DNA of 63,923 bases, filler included, from Phoronis australis (lineage: Eukaryota; Animalia; Phoronida): the NCBI GenBank assembly GCA_002633005.1. It is 11 parts of 11 records of this genome, joined end to end, with 100 filler letters (N's around TTAATTAATTAA, not from the genome) between each part and the next. Parts side by side here need not be neighbours in the genome. Positions count along the whole stretch, not along the records: positions 1 to 29,218 come from NMRA01000188.1; 10 more parts are not named here. One strand, given 5' to 3'. Below are positions 12,518-24,515 of this stretch, piece by piece. Every line of letters begins with the position of its first letter. Within the stretch, counting starts at the first letter, position 1. The translations under genes and the position numbers were made by a program. The notes under the pieces were generated by a model. That model did not search any database, was not told the origin of the DNA, and saw only the letters and a program-made list of their open reading frames with translations.

Positions 12518-12899
12518 CTGTTGGTTGGATCTGTCTTGGAGCTGGCACTGTCTGTTGAGGCGCAGCTGTCTCTACTACTGGCAGTACGGCTCTTTCTCTC
12601 CTTTACTGTATTGTCTTTCTGTGAGTTGAGCTTGCTGGTAGATGTACTCTTGTTCATACCCGCCGACTTCGAGTTTTTCACGTTCTGGTCGCTCACATAG
12701 TTGTCAGCTGTCTCATCAAAGTCGTTAATGTTTGACCGTCTCGGTGTCTGCTCTATGAACTCAAAGTCCTCTATGTGCTGCTGTTTTTTACTAACGTCCG
12801 ACGTAGCTGAGGCATCGGACGTCTTTGAACTCGTCCGTTTGTGCCCCGAGGGGGTGTGACCGTTTGAGATTACATCCTCTTGAGACTTTGACGGTAGTG
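12518..12899 (-). CDS. MACO1: Macoilin low-complexity Ser/Lys/Asn-rich linker exon (ALPSKSQEDVISNGH...SSKTDPTNR)
   Basis: 382 nt open frame; acceptor TCACAG, donor GTGGGT; phase 1 to 2 joins the flanking conserved exons in frame. Confidence 0.88.
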
Positions 12900-14828
12900 C
12901 TGTGAGCAAATAATAACAAATAATGACACAGTGGCGAGTAACTAATGAACATCCATCAGGTTATCAAAAGGTCAAACGTTTTACTGACAAGTGAGAGTAC
13001 AGGATCGTTGCATAGTTTTCACACCACCAGTTCAAAGGGACTACAATACTACAGGTTTACGCATTAACCAAGTTGTAAGGCAACAAAAGGCACAGCTAAA
13101 CTAAACTTTGAATCAGTCAGACAAGCATAAACCGTATTTTTGCTCAACTCGGATAAGGTTGTTCTAGTTTGTATATTCAGCCTTCAAAATCCGACTTCGG
13201 ATTACTCATAAAATCTCTCGATCCAGTAGAACCAGACTTTACCGGCATTTTACTAATTGTTCAGTAAAAGTTAGTTCTTTTAGTTTAAATTTGTTTACAA
13301 CAGTAATTTATTCAATCAAAATAGCATTAAAGGTTTTAACAGTAAGAACCCGTAAGGCCAAAACTCTTTACGCATATAAAGTATTTTGTAACGCTGTGTC
13401 TACATTCAACAGATGACCCTGGTTCAATTACATTTAGTTTTTGTTCAACCTTTCACGAGGACTTCAGAAAGCAATAACACAAATTTGAACTTCAAAGGAC
13501 AAAAACAGTACAATTATTGGCATTACTAAAAATACATATTCGGGTTATCTAAGATGTGTTTTCTGCACTAATTACTAATTTCCTTGCCACGTATCACTTA
13601 CAGTACTGTAATTAACGCCGGAAAATGTCTTTCAGAGATAACCAAGGATATGTACTTTTACTTATTAGGAAAATAATGTAAAACAGTCAAGACTGTTGTG
13701 GTAATCCCAACGCCGCGCAGCAACATAGTATAGTTAGCACCTTAAAGAAAACCAATAGCCACTTCCCCAAATATCAGTTTCCTCTCAGATTCCGAGGTAT
13801 TCACAATGGTGTGCATCCTTAGGGCACTTAGCCCACACTTGCACATCGCTGCTGTGTTGATAAAGACTTTGTATTGAGATTAGGACAAACACGCATAGTT
13901 GACTCAGGTCTATACTAAGACTAATCTTCAGACCTGTTTTCACTGACCTAAAAAGTCTCACGTATTTTTGAATAGATGCACAAAGACACCTAACCAAGGG
14001 TGAATGAGGTCTGAAATGCCATTATTCGTTGAGTGATAATTCGCATCATAAGAACAACTAAAAATACCACATCGCAACTCGATTTTCAAAACAAATCCCA
14101 CATACTACAACCACTCATAATTTTATGGCCTTAGTCTCACATTTCCTAAATAAATATTCCACCACAATTTTTAAAACACGGCTCCCCAATGTGTTGTGGA
14201 CACAATCAATAGCAGCATTCATTATTTCTATTATCATCCCTTAAATGTGAATGAGAGGGCTGACGTTTACAACATTATATTAGGAGACGCATTAGAAAAC
14301 AATTTTTTTTAAACATATGGACTGCAGTCATTATCGTTAAAAAATGTAACTCTGACTAAAAGTAGCTTCAAATTATGTGTATTGTAGCAGTCAGTAATCA
14401 CTTCCTGTGCAAGACAGGGGAGACAAACCCTGGAGTTTAAAGTGCATGCAATTCTACATCAAAAAGCACACTTCCAACAACACAGACCATGATACGTCTA
14501 GTCACGCAAACAGGCAAAGTTCCTGCATTGAGTGCATTATACACCACAAGTAATCAGACTGAATAACGAGGATATTCATTCAAGTCATGACAGCTGTGCA
14601 CAAGAGTGATTAACCTAACGCTAGACGTTCATCATGACCGGTATGACAGAGAAGTGACTAGAAAGTTAACAAGAGAAAACAAAATTACCATTTCCAAAGA
14701 TATGATTCTGACAAGATTAAACAAACCATAAAGGCGTCACTGTTTCTCAAAGTGGAAACGGACGTCATCACAGAGAAAATGAAATTTTGTTCACTTATTG
14801 TTGGCACATTCTACATTGTTCAACATAC

Positions 14829-14860
14829 CTTTAGTTTTTTCTTGGCTAACTGCATTCTGC

Positions 14861-14892
<32 letters not shown>

Positions 14893-14964
14893 TTCCACCG
14901 GTAGGGCACTGTTGAGTAACTGCATGAAGAAATCATTCTCTTTCTGCACGTCTTTCTGTTTACG
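14829..14964 (-). CDS. MACO1: Macoilin internal exon (RKQKDVQKENDFFMQLLNSALPVE-Q12-NAVSQEKTK)
   Basis: 136 nt; acceptor AACAG, donor GTATG; conserved RKQKxVQKENxFxMQLLxxALP motif. Confidence 0.95.
14857..14892 (-). repeat. CAG/CAA trinucleotide repeat encoding Q12
   Basis: Plus strand reads (CTG)8(TTG)2(CTG)2, 36 nt, in the macoilin frame. Confidence 0.95.
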
Positions 14965-15637
14965 CTGTTCCAAGAGAAAATGGAAATCACAATGACTACG
15001 TTAAAATCTCGCCAACTTCGCACAAATACATTTGCCAAAACTGCGCTTAAGTCGTTTTTTCACGTTCTTTTGACAAAGTATTTTCTGATGGTAGCTAAAA
15101 TGGTACAGAACTTGAACCATGGTAAAGCATACATTTGATGTTACATGTAATTTGCAAAAAGATGAGAAAATATGAAACACCACTTGTCCCCTCTAAGTTA
15201 CTGTGACTTTAGTACATGGCAATGTTGCGCAGATTTTCAGAAACCCAAACCTCTACAACCTTTTTGAACTAAGATGAAGACCAACGAGAGACATTTTAAC
15301 ATGCCGGCAAACTCTTGTGTATGGCTTCCACCCTGCACACAGCACTATTGTATAAAACTAAGAGTGTAATTTGCTTTATTCCTGCACTTGAAGTACGGTG
15401 CTCCTTTGTACAAACCCAAAGACTGAACAAAAACGAGACTTGTCACCGAAATACGTAATGTCCGATAAGCCAAACTTCAACATATTGAAGACACTAACAA
15501 AACGTCATAAATTTTGACCACTCCTTCTGAAGTTGTCTTTCTAACGAGATGTCATAAATACTAGACGCGTAATTACTTCAGTAACACATTTGTGAGCAGA
15601 ATGCAATCTGATCTGACAAAACCCAGCCTGTACTTAC

Positions 15638-15704
15638 TAGTCTCATTTTGTATGAAATATAACTTTTAAAGCCGAAACCAAGCGTCACAACAGGATATCC
15701 GATA
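15638..15704 (-). CDS. MACO1: Macoilin internal exon (IGYPVVTLGFGFKSYISYKMRL)
   Basis: 67 nt; acceptor TTTACAG, donor GTAAGT; conserved macoilin motif IGYPVVTLGFGFKSY. Too short to appear in the ORF track. Confidence 0.96.
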
Positions 15705-16527
15705 CTGTAAATGAAAAATCACAAAGACTGAACATGTATCTTACAATATATCACTAATTTGTACAAGAACTAGAGTTGGCAGTTATTTTTCTACAGACAC
15801 ACTCAATATGTATTAACCTGTAATGAGTCTCAGTAAAGATCACAAATAGGTAAACTAGGAACAAGACAGGCGACAAAAACCACCAGAAACCACAAACAGG
15901 AATGTACATTCCTTTCTGAGGACCACAGATGAGCAACGACAAAACTGCGACAAAACAATCTAAGACGGTTTACTATGCCAAAAAATGATACCATTGAGCT
16001 CCACCTCATAATTCTGAATTTGCCTCATTTCAATTGTCAAATTTATGCAAAATCGAAATAAAACAAGACTCACCTCTGAAATGCATGTGTACCAACATAA
16101 TAGCAACACTTGTCGTGAGTCTGAGATATGCACATGCAATCTAACTTTAAATACAATTAATTCTCTCAGAAAAAAATCCAGCCTAATTATGTGAGAACAA
16201 ATATTTTCTCATTAAAATTGTTGGTATGTAAAATCTCAATGTCACAATTCAAAAAATTTCGGAAATAGAAACCCATCACAACTGTTCACCAGCGTACCAG
16301 TGAGAAAGGAGCTGCATTCTACAGATGCAAGAATTTCACATGTAAGGCTGGTGTGGTCAAGTGCTTTGCTTGTAGTGTATGGTGATATCTCACAAAGTCG
16401 TGTGTGCCATTACGTTTTCACAACATTCTTGCACCTGAGGAAGGCAGGCAAGGATTTAACATAAATTATTAATGTAAACAACTTTGCGTAAGGGCATATC
16501 AAAAACAAATTTTAAAGAAAGACGTAC

Positions 16528-16657
16528 CAGTGTGCTGCAAATGGTCGACAAAGGTCTAAATGGAATGGGGATGTACGGATTTCACGTAAACGAATGGCAG
16601 CTTCAATGTAGACGAATAATAACCATAAGGAGACTGTCGGAAGACAGATTCCTCGTT
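16528..16657 (-). CDS. MACO1: Macoilin internal exon (ERGICLPTVSLWLLFVYIEAAIRLREIRTSPFHLDLCRPFAAHC)
   Basis: 130 nt; acceptor TTGCAG, donor GTACGT; signature DLCRPFAAHC; read directly from the sequence. Confidence 0.97.
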
Positions 16658-17460
16658 CTGCAACAAGACGTTTGCTCAATGACATTTTTAATTTCGTAAC
16701 AAAAAATCATACAATCTGTTCTGAATTCACAAATTAAATTAAACATTTTACTATAAATAAAAATACAACATCACGTAAGATTACAAAACTCAGATAGTTT
16801 CGTTATGCAACTTCATCTCACTTCAGTAAATGTTTTTGATCACCAGATATCTCCAGAATAAAATTAGCAAATCGCCAAAAATATAGCTCACTGTCCAAAA
16901 AAGAGCACAGTTATCTCTTAAAAGGAATGTTTTGTAGCTCTAAAGACCTAGTTTCTACTGAACATCACTCATATAGAGGCAAGACATTAATGGCTGACAA
17001 TTACTCAAAACAGCGGACTATATTTTTCTGGTGTTAAAAACCTCTTATTGTTGTACTTGAAAACTGTAGGACATCATTTCAAAGAAAATGTTAAATTAGA
17101 CAATAAATGCTTTATCAATTTATTTCTTCATTAATTTATTTATCAAAGTGCCAATGATTTGCCACGCAAATATAGAAAAACTGTGATAACATTGCAAACA
17201 TGACAATCCCCAGCCATACAAGAATGATAACTACTCAACACCTCTGCAATATGTGTCTGGAATAGGCTCGTCTTGGACTGAAATCTCCTCTTTTGCGAAG
17301 GTAGAAAAATGCATTGCATGACTGACCTACTAAAATGTCACATACTCTTCAGTTTATTAACAAAGAAAGAACAGTGCACTGCGTGTCCTTCTTTGTTGAT
17401 TATTGAACACAACATGCAATAGTAGAAGTTCGCCTGCATTACCATTATAAATTATACAGT

Positions 17461-17839
17461 ACTGTAATTACTGGGAATTTCGGAAAATAGGCCCACTCAA
17501 CAGTACACCCATGGACATATTTTCAGTAACTGTTTGGATGTCTTGAAAATCTGAGGGACTGTTTGAAATACGCATGAATACGTTTTGATGTAAAATTTTG
17601 TTTATTTTGGCGAGACATAATACTTGTTAGGAATGTGATTTCACTCAAATTACTACTTTTAACGAGATATTGAGCGACTTTGTTGGTAACTAACCATACT
17701 AGCATAGTATGAGGTACAGTTTTAAACCACTGGAAAATATGACCGGGTGTATATTCGGTTTCATTTCATGTTTTTGAAAGGCCGTTTCCCGAATATCTGC
17801 CCACGGGCCTATTTTTGGACATTCCAGGTAGGATACAGT
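17461..17839. mobile_element. Degenerate MITE with imperfect TIRs of about 34 bp
   Basis: ACTGTAATTACTGGGAATTTCGGAAAATAGGCCC at left versus GGGCCTATTTTTGGACATTCCAGGTAGGATACAGT at right (imperfect inverted match). Confidence 0.45.
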
Positions 17840-18088
17840 GACTATTTACACATGAAAAATCACAACGGTGCTTGACATGTGTTGCATTGTGGGTAGCATA
17901 ATAATGGTGCTGTGCAATTTCAGGATGGGCATATAGGTTTTTATAAGGCTGAGGGCTTGTGGAAGAGTTGAACCCATGCTCACACTGACAAGCCATGAGT
18001 TTCTCTTCAACACAACTAAATCACACATATTCATATATAGGATATGATAACTCAATAGTATTCTGACTGCTAAGGTAACGGTGGTTAC

Positions 18089-18215
18089 CTGTGTGCCAAA
18101 CATACTGTACCCAGACGTAGGTACTGGCAGCGAAGAAGAGCCACTGAACAGGTATGAACAGGTAGCAGACCATGTCGGATGTGATGGCGATACAGACGAA
18201 GAACACAGAGAAGGC
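18089..18215 (-). CDS. MACO1: Macoilin transmembrane exon (AFSVFFVCIAITSDMVCYLFIPVQWLFFAASTYVWVQYVWHT)
   Basis: 127 nt; acceptor GGCAG, donor GTAACC; signature WLFFAASTYVWVQYVWHT. Confidence 0.97.
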
Positions 18216-19058
18216 CTGCCAATGGTAAAACTCATTTTATTATTCTTACCACCTGTGCTCCTGTTAAAACAGGTCAAATTCTTAAAAATATTTAGAAAGA
18301 ACATAGAAAATCAACGAATACAGTAAAACTCGTATGAGTCCGACGCGCTTTAAGTTGGACAATACTCTAAATTAGACCAACCTCTGCAGTACAGTTGATA
18401 GAAATCATGCAGTCGACACTTTCACCTCCCTTCTATAAAATCTATTGATCTAGTAAAAAATTACTCGTGTAAACTTTACTATTTAGTTTGCGGCTTTAAT
18501 AGGAAGGAAATTTACCATTTTTGATGTTACATTAAGCACAACACAGATCCCTAATTATTTGGAGACACATTCTTCTGTGTTAGTCACTGTTCCCCAGGTG
18601 TTTAATAACTATCTATGAAACAATAGGAAGTGACATGCACAGTTCAGCAAGAGACCCACATCTTGGTTCTGCATTCACTCTCACAGAGCAATCAAAAATG
18701 ACTGCGTTCAATCGAGAGTAGGAAATTGTGTTTGTCCAAAGCAAGTAAATGTAGAGCCAAGATGGGGACCTTTTGCTGGGCTGTTCGTGTCACTTTCTAT
18801 TGTTCAATGGATAGTAAATACACATCAGGGAAGTGGTCATAAACACAGAAAAACGTCTCTCCAACACAACCAGGGATTTGTAAGTAATTTAAACAAAACA
18901 TCAAAAATTTTGTGGGTAATTTTCGGCCAAGACATATCGATCACAGTAGTCGCTGTTTTTCAACACTTCACCATAATGACTACAGACAGGTTTAGCATTA
19001 GCCATCTTGATAACAGAGCACTCAGCAAGTGTAACCATACAATGCTGGACAGACTTAC

Positions 19059-19200
19059 AAATCCTTGGTACTTGAATGAATCATAAACACTCCTCATCAT
19101 CAGCCAGAAAGGCCACAGGTATTCGAAACGGAATTCCAGGATGAAGTCAGCAAGCATCACCAGGATCCAGACTATTAGAAACTTCAGGTAAAGGAAGGTA
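19059..19200 (-). CDS. MACO1: Macoilin transmembrane exon (TFLYLKFLIVWILVMLADFILEFRFEYLWPFWLMMRSVYDSFKYQGF)
   Basis: 142 nt; acceptor TTCCAG, donor GTAAGT; signature LEFRFEYLWPFWL. The ten exons total 1843 nt and stay in frame to the stop. Confidence 0.97.
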
Positions 19201-19476
19201 CTGGAACGAGAGATAAGACGACATTGAGTGTATTGAATAAACAATACCTACTGTCTGCAGCCATAAGATCTGAGGTGATCAAACTTCATTTGATACACAG
19301 ACCAATCACATAACGTAAAATTTGAAAGTTTACTTGAACCATGCTACAGGATTTGTCAGTATTCGAGTTGAGTCTCAAGAAGTTCGTTTGTTTTGAACTA
19401 CAGGAGGACCTCGTCAAGTGAAAAAACCCGTGGCTCATATGGTAGCAGATTCTATTTCTCGAATGATACTTCTCAC

Positions 19477-19529
19477 CTTGCTGGGATATGAACAGACGAA
19501 GTAACCACAGTATGTTCAGTTTCAGCCAT
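19477..19529 (-). CDS. Candidate non-canonical first coding exon of macoilin (MAETEHTVVTSSVHIPA-S)
   Basis: ATG in ACAATGG context, 53 nt open, ends AG|GTGAGA in the phase needed to join the 19200 exon; no recognised homology. Confidence 0.35.
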
Positions 19530-19950
19530 TGTAACGTCACGAATTAAGGTTAACCATATAAAAAATCAGACATGCATAGTGAATCAACCAACTGAATGTC
19601 AATGGCTCCATCTACACCATTACTTTGTATAAATCAGGAAACAAATAAGTTACTTACATAGTAAAGTAGCTTACATAATACAATAAGCATCTGAAATATA
19701 TTTTGTTTATTTATCTACAATTTGTTGATTACTTCGATGATAACGCAATTACTAAAGAAATCATTAAGTTTTTTCACAACAAGATGGGAGCTGCCATCTT
19801 GTTACTACACCAACCTTAGTCGGCAGCAGGATCGGATCATAGTTAGGTTCAAAGGTGGACGGCACAACCACAGTGGTTGACTACGGGCATTCAATTGGAA
19901 CTATGGTGACAGTAGTTTGAACTGAGATTCCAGCTGAAAACAGTCTATAA

Positions 19951-21884
19951 CAGGGATATACTAAGCCACTCCCTCAGTCGTCAATGCGAGTAAAAATGGT
20001 GCTGGGCGAGTAGAAGTTCCCTTGCCGGTCGCCCAGCTGGCGAGCGAATTTTCAGAGCGCAAAAGCACTCTATCGTTTCCCAGATGAAAATGAATATTTT
20101 TTCCTCCCTGTGCTTTATCATGAATTTAAGGTTAAGTTTGGTCCGCGTGCTGATGCTTCAGCAGCAAAAAAACATCGGCGCAGTGTGCTCCTACAGAGTC
20201 AGTAGATGTTCACCGTTATGCGATTCGTCTAGACAGAAGGTCACAGTGAGTGTGACGTGTGGTGGGTCCTGCACAAAGGTGGACCAGTCCGAAACGAAGA
20301 AAAGGGGGGAAGACTAGTTCATGTGCTCACAGCAAGTGAAATACCATATTTCTACTAAGTGACTTCTTATTGTACAGTGTAATTTTAGCCAATATTATTT
20401 TATAAAAAATAACATTGAAAACACAATTAAAAGGGTTGTCCTTGTTACCATTATTAGCAAAATAAAATATCGCAATTTTTAACTAGGTGGATCATTCATG
20501 TATAGAGTCTATTTGGTGCAGCCATGAGATTTCCAGGTGCAAAGGCTTTTTCCGTATTTTGATCCAGCCAGTACAGCACAGCGTTTCTCGGTGTGACCAC
20601 TGGCAAGACAATGAGTATTATTTCCCATCCCTATCAAACTGTTCTAGTCCGAGCAAAAGGCAGAATCGTGATACGCACGTTGACTTGTGCATGACTGGTG
20701 CACGTGCTATCATCTTGGGTGTTCTCATTTTCATTTGTCAAGCGCAACAATGTGGTGTTTTTTAGAGGGAGTCGGCCCTCTTTCTAAGCAAACTGTGGTG
20801 AAAAAAATTATCACGCAGATTATGAGGAAAACAAGAGAAGGCGAGATTTTGAATCTGATTGGCAGAAAGGGGGGGNNNNNNNNNNNNNNNNNNNNNNNNN
20901 NNNNNNNNNNNNNNNNNNNNNNNNNNNNNNNNNNNNNNNNNNNNNNNNNNNNNNNNNNNNNNNNNNNNNNNNNNNNNNNNNNNNNNNNNNNNNNNNNNNN
21001 NNNNNNNNNNNNNNNNNNNNNNNNNNNNNNNNNNNNNNNNNNNNNNNNNNNNNNNNNNNGGGGGCAAGCAAAATCTAGGAGTCAACCGCCACTCATCTTG
21101 CCCGTTTCAACAGCCATTAAAATGAACAACAATCTAATAAACGTCATTTTCTTGGGTCATTCTCCGCCTTAAGTAAAAAAGAAAAGTATGTTGTTGTTTT
21201 GAGAACAGTACGCTCGTGACACACACGATTTCCTAAAGTCTTACGACATATCTCTCAGGAGATGACAGGAAAATTTGTTCTGAAATTTAGTTTGCTGGTA
21301 TTAAAATATTAAAAACTTATAATGAAGTGAAATCAATTGCGATAACTTGTCGTGACGTGTATGCAACCACGTGAAAGAAAAACGGTTGATTGAAGAATTG
21401 GCGAACAAAGAAACCAGCGAATGGGTGACACAATACTTCATGATGCCGAAAGCTGACGCAAAGATTGTGCCGCAATTTTAGCAGCAGAGTAATGGTAGAA
21501 TGCCAATTATTCCAACAACGGTAAATAATTTAGTGTATTCAAGGAAAACTATAGTTTTTAATGATACTAATTTTGCGTCAGATTTTATCTTGTCAGTCTT
21601 TTACCCACATCAGCGCACAGCTGTATATTAGTATAGCTTTGTGCCAAGGTTACGTCTTGCTGCGTTGCTGGGAAGTCAGCGACGTCAAAATTTTCTTGGT
21701 AGGCATTTTCTAAAAACGATACTAGCCCTAATAGATGGTGACATTAACGCATGAAACGATCATTTTCATTGACAGTGGCAGCACAAAACGACCGGGCAAC
21801 TGAGCTTTGGGCTGGGCGAGTAGATTTTCTGGCTGACACTCGCCCAGCTGGCGAACGGGGTTTTGAAACCTGGGTATATCCTTG
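19951..21884. mobile_element. Non-autonomous TIR element of about 1.9 kb (internal gap) with an apparent 5-bp TSD
   Basis: TIR CAGGGATATAC / GTATATCCTTG; TATAA on both flanks; the block GCTGGGCGAGTAGA...TCGCCCAGCTGGCGA occurs near both ends. Confidence 0.75.
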
Positions 21885-22793
21885 TATAAGGAACTTTTTG
21901 TTATGGGATAAGACAACAGAGATACAAGATAACATCGTCTGAATTTAAAACAAGAAATTGTTCACATTGTCATCCATTTTTACCATTTCAGTGTGTTTTA
22001 AAACACTAAAATATCATAGCCTTTATTAAAAACAGAACCCGTTCCGCAAACAAGCGGAATCCATTTTGCAGAATTTCTCTAACAAAATAATTAGATTACG
22101 TAAATTTGATCTCTTTCTAGTACATGTACTGTAGCAATGCTATAAAACAATTCTCACTATATACTTGCAGAAAGGCAACAAGTCTTGATAACTGAAGAAA
22201 TGACAATTTTAGCAGGTATTTCTGTGTGAAGTGGAGACTTTTTCTAACTACACCGCAAGAAAAGATAAACTCGCGCATTACAATTGCTGTTCATTTGTCC
22301 AGCAGTATCCACTTAGAAGACTAAGCTTCCTGATCCAAAACTACAATAGGTTGATAAGGATGAACAAGATAGTCCTCATTCTGAATGATCCAATACCAAA
22401 GTACGCAGTCCTCTTGAATAGGGAAGCCAGACATAAAATGTCAAGGACCAAAGGATCATCCTGAGACATAAACCCTAGACTAGAGCAACCACAAACTTGT
22501 GATACAGAATTAGAAAGACTTGTGTGCTGTCACAGTACCAGGGCTCTAATTTCTAAGCCAAAGAGCCAGTAGTTTTGCCAATGTGGCTGGTAGACTGTCC
22601 ACACTATTGGAGTTACCCTGGAACGAGTTCTCACTAGGGTTATCAACTGTGTGAACACTATTTGTATTGGGACAACTCAACACCTGTTTGGCAACTTACT
22701 GCATTAGGTTAACATGTTCCGGGGTAACTTGCCCCAGAGCAAGTCGTAGTGAGGACACAAACGTGCAGACAAGGTGGAAGTAATTACCAAAAG

Positions 22794-24515
22794 TACCGTA
22801 ATCATTCGGGTTAACGCCCATGCTCAGTTAACCGCCCACCCCTACTTTAGGTGGATTTTCGATTTAACCGCCCACTGCTCAGTTAAGCGCCCCCCTACGA
22901 TTTTTGAAGATTTCCAGTTAAGCGCCCACCTCTCGCCCATCCCGTACTTTTAAAGAATGAAGATTTAGCGCCCAGTGCTAAGGAAACGGTGATTCCCCGA
23001 CTTTTACAAAAAGATCGATGATCACAATGAGCGTAACAACGCCGGGCCTTCAAGACGGTGGTTTAGCAATGTGAATTACAATACAAGTAAGGAGTTCTTG
23101 TCTTGGGTCATGGACTCACTTCAAAATATAATACTTTAACGTTTTTGTCACTTTATTTTCTTCCCATGTTTACAAAGTTTAAGAACGGCGCCGGCGTCAA
23201 AACCTCCGCTTTCAGCGACTTTGTCTGCCGCACTGAGTTTCGGTCTGCAGTGCACTAGATAAAATATATATTCGAAAAAATCAGGCCAGACAAATGTGAC
23301 AATGGTTTTGCCAACCCTCCAAATTCTCTTAAGGTGGGAAGCTCTCGTATTTTGAAGAAATCTCACAACTCACGGAAAGATTTCAAATTCTCATTTTGAT
23401 GAATGTAACTGCCGGGTTGTAGAGGACGTGTGGCGACCGAAGGGACAGTACAAGTGCCTTACTGGGTTACCGATTTCGTTGCTGCCTATCGATTTCTGAA
23501 TTCAAAGGTTGGCAATAATGTTTGTTTGTGTATGATCTTGAAGTAATAAAAAACAGCTAGTCAAATTTTGTTTTTTGCTTANNNNNNNNNNNNNNNNNNN
23601 NNNNNNNNNNNNNNNNNNNNNNNNNNNNNNNNNNNNNNNNNNNNNNNNNNNNNNNNNNNNNNNNNNNNNNNNNNNNNNNNNNNNNNNNNNNNNNNNNNNN
23701 NNNNNNNNNNNNNNNNNNNNNNNNNNNNNNNNNNNNNNNNNNNNNNNNNNNNNNNNNNNNNNNNNNNNNNNNNNNNNNNNNNNNNNNNNNNNNNNNNNNN
23801 NNNNNNNNNNNNNNNNNNNNNNNNNNNNNNNNNNNNNNNNNNNNNNNNNNNNNNNNNNNNNNNNNNNNNNNNNNNNNNNNNNNNNNNNNNNNNNNNNNNN
23901 NNNNNNNNNNNNNNNNNNNNNNNNNNNNNNNNNNNNNTTTTTCAAACTTTTATTACAACTCATTTTAAAACTGCTCTCAGACTATGAACTTGGCAGCTCA
24001 GTACGAGACTGCAACCATAAATTTGATGTCTGCTGTGACCTCTGCAACACGTGAAGCTTGCACGCGCGCACTTTAACAAGGTCACATCTTAAAATAGTTG
24101 CAATCCAAGTAGAGGCTGCGTGGTCACTGGTCGTCTGCGCTCTAGAGGGCAAAGTAACAAGACCGCAGGACGCCACGGGGCTATTACTCAGTAATTCTGT
24201 AAATTTAACAGTGAATAACTAATCTGAGGGCAAGAGAATCTTTGTTGGGATCATCCGCTGTTATGACATTTTTCTCGTCATGTGGCGACGTGACGATAAC
24301 GCTCTTTGAAAAGTACTACGCGTTCCGAGTACGAGGTAAGATTAACCGCCCAGGGCGGTTGCCTGTCGTAATAAGCGCCCATGTTCGGTTAACCGCCCAC
24401 CCTGGATTTCTTGAAATTTCACGTTTAAGCGCCCATGTCTGGTTAACCGCCCACCCCCGATTTTTTGAGTTTGCCAATTTAACCGCCCAGGGCGTTAACC
24501 CGAACGATTACGGTA
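22794..24515. mobile_element. TA-flanked non-autonomous DNA transposon (Tc1/mariner-pogo-like), about 1.7 kb with internal gap
   Basis: TACCGTAATCATTCGGGTTAACGCCC ... GGGCGTTAACCCGAACGATTACGGTA inverted termini; many subterminal TTAAC/GCGCCCA repeats at both ends. Confidence 0.85.

Noticed and set aside
13785-13997. Minus-strand ORF in a macoilin intron as an extra exon
   Set aside because: No macoilin similarity, and the flanking exons already join in frame without it.
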